A DNA stretch of 64,000 nt, taken from assembly GCA_045837725.1 (NCBI GenBank), contig JBEWZL010000244.1, positions 186,001-250,000 on the forward strand. Direction: 5' to 3'. This stretch comes from Vermamoeba vermiformis (Eukaryota). Under the pieces are notes generated by a model that saw only the letters and a program-made list of their open reading frames with translations, was not told the DNA's origin and searched no databases. Positions 57,080 to 64,000 of this stretch are shown in pieces; position 1 is the first letter of the stretch; each line of letters begins with the position of its first letter. Position numbers and translations under genes: made by a program.

Positions 57080-57372
57080 GTCTATATAATGCCTTGCGCA
57101 GTTGTGTTTTGTGGCTGCAGAGGTCAATTGAAACTGAAACCAAATTTTCACAGCTTGAAAATTCACGAACCCTGGCCCTGGTAGGAGGACTGCAGCACCG
57201 ATATTATGACTGACACGTGATCGATGGGGGGTAGTTGTTGAAAATAGTGGCATTAATAAGTTGCATTAGCAGTGCTGGATCCACTCTCAAACACGCACAT
57301 AATTGACACGACGATTATCACGCACTATTCTATTTAAATAACACTAACGACAATAATAATAATAATAATACA

Positions 57373-57948
57373 CTATTCGAACAGCTGCAGGTGGCACTTG
57401 ACGCAGTAAGGCTTGCCCTGTTTCTTCTTGTACTTCTGGCCGGCAATGTTCTTCTGACAGTGGCTGCATCTGAAATGATCCAAGTGAAATTTCACATCGC
57501 GCTGTCCCTCGTCACCGGGCATAGTAATAGCTTTGCCGGCAATGATCGGATTTGAACAGCCGCCGCAGATGAGCCCGAGCGAGTCGTAATAATCCTTCTC
57601 GCAGAGTGGCATGCCGTCAGTAGAGGGGAAGAACTGGCCCTCTAATTTCTCGCGGCAAATAAAGCAGACAAAGTGCTCGGGGTGAAAGGATTTGTTCAGC
57701 GCATTGACCGTGGGGCCTACAATCGCCTCTTTGCACATGGCGCACGCTGGACAGAAGGTGCGCTTCCAGTCCTCCACGCAGTACGCAAAGCCATCGTTGC
57801 CCTCGCACACCTGCACGCCACCACTGAAATCCTTTTGGCACACCTTGCAGACCAGATGATCGACGTGCCACTGCATGCCGAAGGCGCGAATGGAGTCGCC
57901 AACAATAGCTTCACCACAAGCACCGCATGTACCGTGTTGATAGTTCAT
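57373..57948 (-). CDS. Three-LIM-domain protein (paxillin-type LIMs), intronless
   Basis: CGAC..WHVDHLVCKVC..YCVED; CAMC..FHPEHFVCFIC..LCEKD; CGGC..FHLDHFRCSHC..YCVKC. Confidence 0.92.
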   Translation of the reverse strand: MNYQHGTCGACGEAIVGDSIRAFGMQWHVDHLVCKVCQKDFSGGVQVCEGNDGFAYCVEDWKRTFCPACAMCKEAIVGPTVNALNKSFHPEHFVCFICREKLEGQFFPSTDGMPLCEKDYYDSLGLICGGCSNPIIAGKAITMPGDEGQRDVKFHLDHFRCSHCQKNIAGQKYKKKQGKPYCVKCHLQLFE

Positions 57949-58186
57949 GGTGATCGTTGTTGATGTAATTTGAATTAATTGGGAATGCAGTTTCAAAAAA
58001 ACAATTTTTCCTTCAATCTCCCAGGGCCAGATTAAGCGCCCTGGTCGAGAGGTTGGCGAGTGTACTTAATGAGGCGTGTGTCGGCCTCAGACAGATATGA
58101 CAAATTTAACAATTTAGTTTCGCAGTTGTGTACAAGGGGTATTGAATACTTTTTAGATTCTTGTTTTTTCCTAGTTAGGCAATTAA

Positions 58187-59525
58187 TTAAACCATGCCCA
58201 CCATGTCGCGCAGTCTGAGGTCCTTGAGCAGCTTGTAATAAGTGGGTACATCGCTCTTCTTGAGATGTCTGAGCAGGCCGCGTCGTCGCTTGACCAATCG
58301 CGCCAGTCGGTACTCGTTGTACTTGTCCTGCTTGTTCTTCTGCAGATGGTCGGTCAGCACGCGGATGCGCAGTGTCAATATGCCAATCTGCACTTCATCG
58401 CTGCCCGTGTCACCGTCGTGTCGCCCCCACTTGTCGCGAATGAGTCGCTTGCGCAGGGCAGTGATCTCGCTCGGTGTGGCGTGCGTCATGCTCAACAAGC
58501 GACGCAGCTTGGGGTGCACTTGCTCGACTTGTGCCGCGCTGAGATTGAAGCGATAGTGACCGCGCAGCTCTGCGGGCAGGGCGTGCTGCTCCTCTTGGTA
58601 CTTCTTCTCCCACGCAATCCACTCCTCGCTGTCGCGGTTGTTCCACTCGCTGTCACGCACGGTCTCGCTGCTCGGTGCTTCAGGCACGAGGCGCGTCACC
58701 TCCTCGCCGTCCTCATCGATCTCAGTGACACGTGTCATGCGCACCTGGCCCTCGCTCGGCACCCAACGACCGCTGTTGTCGTAGTAGCCCTTGGGGGTCT
58801 TGAGATAGACCAGCCAGCGCTTGATCTGCGAGGGATAGAGGTCCCAGTACTTGAGTTCAGTGAGTGCCTTCTTCTTGGTCACACCGAACACCTCGTTGAA
58901 GATGTCGGAGGTCGTCTTGAGCGGCTCATTCGCATCTGTACTCGCGCTCGGGAACAGCGTCTTGAACAGCGCGTCAGTGTCGTTGGGATCGACTTTGTTG
59001 TCACTCGTCTCGCTCGTGGTGGCAGCTGTGGTCTGTTTTTGTGTTTGTTCGCGTAACAGCTTTTCAATGTCTGCGATCAGACTCGAAGCTGACGCATCTG
59101 TTTTCTGTTGAAGAGCAATTGTTATTTAGTGGCACTTCTTGCGGCGAATAATATTTTAATTTGCTTGAGAACGTATTTGCGTTTCATTGGCGCTCGAATT
59201 TTTAAACAAGCAGATTCAAAATAATCAAAAAATAATATACATAATTATTAAAATGGTTATTATTGGCCTGTAAGATGATGAGTGATCATAAATAATATTT
59301 TAAAAATAATACACGTACTCTGTTTTCAGTAATTCCAAATATTGAGTTGATGCTGACTTCATCTTCATTTTTCTTATCTGCGTCTTTTCTAAATACTGAA
59401 CTGCTAATACTGCGCACTAATAATATGCGTGAGTTATTATTGGCCATGCGTGAGATATAGCTCCTACCCGATCTAGGGTGCTCAGATCGCGACACGGCAC
59501 CAACTAAACGACGTAACGCCAACAT
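58187..59525 (-). CDS. MRPS15: Mitochondrial ribosomal protein uS15m with long N-terminal extension
   Basis: Arg/Ser-rich presequence MLALRRLVGAVSRS; S15 core DTGSDEVQIGILTLRIRVLTDHLQKNKQDK..LVKRRRGLLRHLK. Confidence 0.88.
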
Positions 59526-59747
59526 TATATGTAGCTAGTATTATATGGAACACTGCGCCTATTAATATTAATTACAGCGCTGTTGGTGTTAGTATTGGAC
59601 GGAACTACAACTGTTCATTTGCGCTCCCTTCTGTGACAGATCAACACCAGTTCGCGATTGCAGCCTTTGGACTACTGCACGCATATATATATCGCAGCTT
59701 ATTAATGGAGTGCTAATAGGGCTGTCAATCAACGTATTACTAACACT

Positions 59748-62700
59748 ATGAGTGAGGACACTAACGCCAATTTGAGATTGAGCGCCACGAGTGCGCTGTT
59801 GCTATCTCCCGAGACTACGCGTACGTACTGCATTATTATTCGTGTATTATTATCACTGTTGAAGAGCGATGCTTTGATTAAATATCAAAATTTAATTGCT
59901 AGATCCAATTCAGAAAATTACCGCATCACTATCACGAAACAATCCGTTCAGTAATAATATTAATCCCTAAAAATAGCTGGACCATCACTCACTGCTTGGA
60001 GATCTGAAGTTGCGCTGCGAGGTCGCACGGATGTGACACAACTCGAAGGTGTCGTGGTCAACAAACTCGAGCCAGGTAACACGTGATTGGTGTTCTATTT
60101 ATAGCTCCAGGGCCCTGGTGACTGACAGACACAACAGATCTGACCGCGTGCACAGCCGCAGTGCAGCACGAGAGCGAGAACTGGCTGGCAGTGGCTGGCA
60201 CGGGCAAGCGACGCGACTTGGTGCGCGTACTGGACGTGACACCTGCTGGCAAACGTCAAACAGTGGACTTCACGGTGAGTACTGCCCCCTCCTCCATGCC
60301 AGTGCAGGTGCTAAAAATAGCCACAGATCTTGAGTGGCGTGCGTCAGAGCGGACCAGTGACCTCGCTCGCACTGCAGGGCACACAGCTCGCCGTGGCCAG
60401 CGAGGGACGCGTGCACATCTACGCGTGCTGCAAGGGCGAGGAGGAGCTCAAGCAGACGCACAGTCTCGCAGCCCCCAAGCGCGACGACTACAGCGGCTAC
60501 TATCGCAGCTCGTCCTCGCGGCCCATCGACACGCTGAATGCACTCACCAGTCTCGAACTCGTCGCTGAGCAGCGCCTGCTCGCTGTGCGGGGTCCGGAAG
60601 TGCTCGTTTGGGCCCTCACTGGCAACCGCACTGTCGCTAATAATAGCACCGCTGCACCTATAAATAGCAGCACCGTGAGTGCGAGTGGCGCGTTGAATTC
60701 TTCGCGCCGTTCAGCGATGTATCAGAGCAAGCAGTACAGTGCCACCGAGTGTCAGCTCGTGCAGCTGCACAACACGCCCGGCACGGTGGTGAAGTGGTGC
60801 CAGGTGCCACTGCTGACTGGCCAGGGCAGTGTGCATCACGAGTGCTTCTTGTTCGGCAACATCAACGGCGATGTCAAGCTGTACGACTATCGCATGCTGT
60901 CGCAGCACACCAAGGCCTCGATCAGTGCTGTCAGACGCGCGCATCAAGCACCGCTCACTGCTGCCACGTGGTCCCCGCACGTGCCGTACTGGTGCGTCAC
61001 GGGTGCAGCTGATGGCAAAGTGCTCGTCTGGGATGCGCGGCACATGTCAGGTGAGTGACACTTTGCATTGCAGACACTGTATTGACACCTGTCACTTGTC
61101 AGCACCTGTCGCGCGACTCGAAACATCACGTGGGGCTGTCAAATCACTGCAATGGTCGGCCAATCACGCGGAATTAATCGCCATCGGAGCCGATCGTCAC
61201 GTGACACTGACCTCCCTGCTGACCACGCAGCCAGTGCTGTCACTCGTCAACCAGGGCGGTGTGCTCCACGGTGGTGTCGCTGCGGGCCTCGGTCGCACAC
61301 TGCTCGCTGTGTCTTCGCTCGGCGAAGTGACAGCTGCCACCATGCAAGATGTATTTTTAGCCTCTGCAGCTCCGACCTCCCCCGGCGAAGATCCCGCGCT
61401 GGTGGCAATTCGCCAGCAGATCTACGCGCGTCAATTCGACAAGGCCTTCACGACAGCCCTCGAACAGGCCAAGCAGCTGCACAGCGAGGCACGTGTCAGC
61501 GAGGCCCTGGCCCTGGTAGATCTCTGTGCACCGAGTCGCTTGCCCGATCCCGTGCCCGCTGAGCGCGAGGGCCGTGCACTGAGTCGCGCGTCCTCTGTGC
61601 GCGAAGTGTCACGCGAGCAGATAGTCGCGCAGTACACACGTGCGGTATACGATTATGCCACGCATATACCTCCCAACTTCCCGCAGCGCATGTGGCCCAA
61701 AATAGACACCAAGTAAGTAGCAGATCACGTGCCCGCAGGTGTTCTAATCACGTGCCCCCCCACAGAGTGCTGTTCGACATTGAAGTGTTCAAAGTGAATC
61801 TCGAGCTGGAGAGCTACATCAAGCACGAGCAGTGTGAAGAGATGATTGTGAATCACCGCCACGTGATGCAGTACTTGAAGAAGAGTCCGAACAGCATCAA
61901 GAGCGAGGTGCTGTACCGCATGCTCGGCAAGGTGTTGCAGTACGACTACATCTCCGCACTCGACATGGGCTACGACTACGCGGTGCTGTTCAGTGCCAGC
62001 AGCGAGACCTTCGTGCAGTGCGCGCACCTCTTGCTCTACCCCACGCTGTACGATGCTGTCACACTCGCGCCCAGCAAGAAGAGTGCCACCAACAAGAAGG
62101 AGCACGAGGCACTCTACGCGGCACTCAAGAAGCAGAGTGGCACTGTGTCAGCGGAGCTCAATATACTCCGCAAACTCTACAAAGCACTCTGGGCCAACGA
62201 TCGAGCGAGCATCAAGACCCTGTTGCGCGAGATTAAATCTCCGCTGCTGAGTGCCAGCGCCAATCGCATGATCTGCGCGTATCTCGTCAACGAGGAGCTG
62301 TTCGATCAGTTCTACGCGCGCATTGTTCCGCTCATCGATCTCACCAAGAATTATCCGCACAATGCAGTCTTTGCGGGAATGTTAACCGATTCGATCGATC
62401 GGCTCAAAAAGTTTATCAACGACTTGCCAGCACGTGTCAACACGTCATCAAATGCAAGTGCCAGCACGCTCAAGGACAACATTGACATTTATAGAAAAGC
62501 CCTCGTGATGCTCGTGACTATAATTAGCTCTGCTGACACCTTGCCGCGCGGTGTCACCTCGACAATCACCAAGTCCTTCAAGTACGGCGGAACAATTGTT
62601 GCCATCCTCACTAACGATGCTATTTTTAGATCACTGGGCGCTGATCTCGACAAGTGGCTGCGCGAGTTGAGTGGCAAAGACGAGGCCAGTGCGGGGAAAT

Positions 62701-62891
62701 TGCGACGCGAGATGAGCGGAGAATTGCGTGCCCTGGTGAAGAGCAGCGACAGCGAGGACTTGACAGCACTGCTCGACACACTCGATCGATCGGACAGCAA
62801 GACCGATGCCAAATCGAGCTCGAATTCTTCTCGCCGCACTGACTCGGAATCTCGCCGCAGCACACGTGACCGATCACGTGACGACAAATAA
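59748..62891 (+). CDS. Uncharacterised WD40-repeat protein with helical C-terminal half
   Basis: TITHCLDLK, GDVKLYDYR, AHQAPLTAATWSPHVPYWCVTGAADGKVLVWDAR, VKSLQWS; long spliced ORFs to TAA at 62889-62891. Confidence 0.72.
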
Positions 62892-62937
62892 TGGCAATCC
62901 TTTTTTTGTAAATTTCCACTGTACAAAACTAAACGTT

Positions 62938-64000
62938 CTATTTATGGTAATTGCGTGCTCCAAATATAGTGCTGCCCACGCGGATGTTCGTGCTGCCCAG
63001 GGCAACAGCCTGCGCGAAATCTCCGCTCATGCCCATGGAGAGCTCGAACGACTCTACCGGCACTCCTAATTTGGCAGTGACTTCTGCGCGACACTTGACG
63101 AGGGCCTGTGCGAGGTCAGTGACATGACACGTGTCAAACAGCGACCACTACACGTACCTCAAAATCACGTGTTGGATCACCGTGCAGTGCACCAATGGTC
63201 ATCAGACCTAGAGCGATTAGCCTTATTTGGCAGTGTTATTTATAGCTCACCTGTCACACGGAGGTGCGGACACTGCGCGCGAATCTGTTCTACCAGGGCT
63301 GCACAGGCACTTGGCTCCACGCCTGATTTGGCTGTGACACGTGTCAGTGAAAAGGCAGCACAGAGAGCTAAAAATAGACTCACCGTCCTCGCCGCTGGTG
63401 TTGACTTGCACGAACACGTTCAGTGAACGGTTCGGATCAATGCTTTGCAGAGATTTATCGAGGGTGGTGGCGAGGGAGAGCGAATCCACAGTCTCGATCA
63501 CGTGGAGGGACTGGTGCGCGACTTTGAGCAACTTCTTGACTGCAACAATGCGTGAGATGGTCGTATATATATATATGTGCATATTAATATAGTATCATAG
63601 CCCAAGCAGTGGCTGCACCACACCTTTGTTGGACTGCAAGTGACCAATGAAGTGCCACTGAATGTCTGCTGGCAACTAACGCGCGTCAACACTCTGTGTA
63701 TATAATATATATATATTGCTATCACTTACTTGCGGCACTTTCTCCATCAGTTCTTGCGCCTGAATAGAACACATCTGTCAATTTACTAGCTACTCGCATC
63801 AGCACCGCTACACTCACGTAATTTTCTCCGAAATGGCGCTGTCCCGCATCGTAACACGCTTTAATGAGCTGCACGGACTTGGTCTTAGACACCGCTACGA
63901 GACGTGGCTAATATATTAAAAGATAATCAGCAATATTCACAGTTAATACGCCACTCGTACTAGTGTCTTCAAATTGTGCTTGACGCGCAGTGCCTCAATG
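62938..64000 (-). CDS. PLPBP: Pyridoxal phosphate homeostasis protein (PROSC/YggS), 5' partial
   Basis: RLVAVSKTKS, GQRHFGENY, WHFIGHLQSNK, VFVQVNTSGE, GLMTIG, ELSMGMSGDF, IRVGSTIFGAR. Confidence 0.95.

Overview
Compact, intron-rich eukaryotic nuclear DNA read with the standard genetic code. It is probably amoebozoan: there is a Dictyostelium-type myosin II regulatory light chain and an MrfA/MYRF-type factor, but the species cannot be fixed from sequence alone. I assembled 31 spliced protein-coding genes by hand from the ORF track and GT-AG boundaries, mostly in head-to-head or tail-to-tail pairs with short spacers. In order they are: CruF/DUF422-like membrane protein, MYRF-like TF, sestrin, prolyl oligopeptidase, prefoldin-3, UBR7, Ub-RPS27a, CTD small phosphatase, RPL3, an orphan, MAT1, RBR ligase, 3x saposin protein, KTI12, PH-RapGAP, UBE3D, CHMP1, CRIB/coiled-coil/VCA actin nucleation factor, saposin-insert aspartic protease, myosin RLC, PSMA4, PMP34, USP47, acid lipase, F-box/WD40-CaaX, ATG4, TMEM198-like, 3xLIM, MRPS15, a WD40 orphan and PLPBP. 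The most striking unexplained signals are: (1) a highly iterated palindrome TGACACGTGTCA (12 perfect copies found by eye, plus variants) in introns and coding exons; (2) a ~1.8 kb gene-free, CpG-depleted island with two CpG-decayed tRNA-like relics; (3) a WH1-less WASP-like protein of unusual architecture; (4) alternative last exons in the RapGAP; (5) a ~32-bp promoter element shared by both cytosolic ribosomal protein genes; (6) a 5'-AT-rich to 3'-GC-rich gradient inside genes. CDS coordinates span first to last codon including introns. Exon boundaries and homology calls come from manual reading and recall of family motifs, not from searches.
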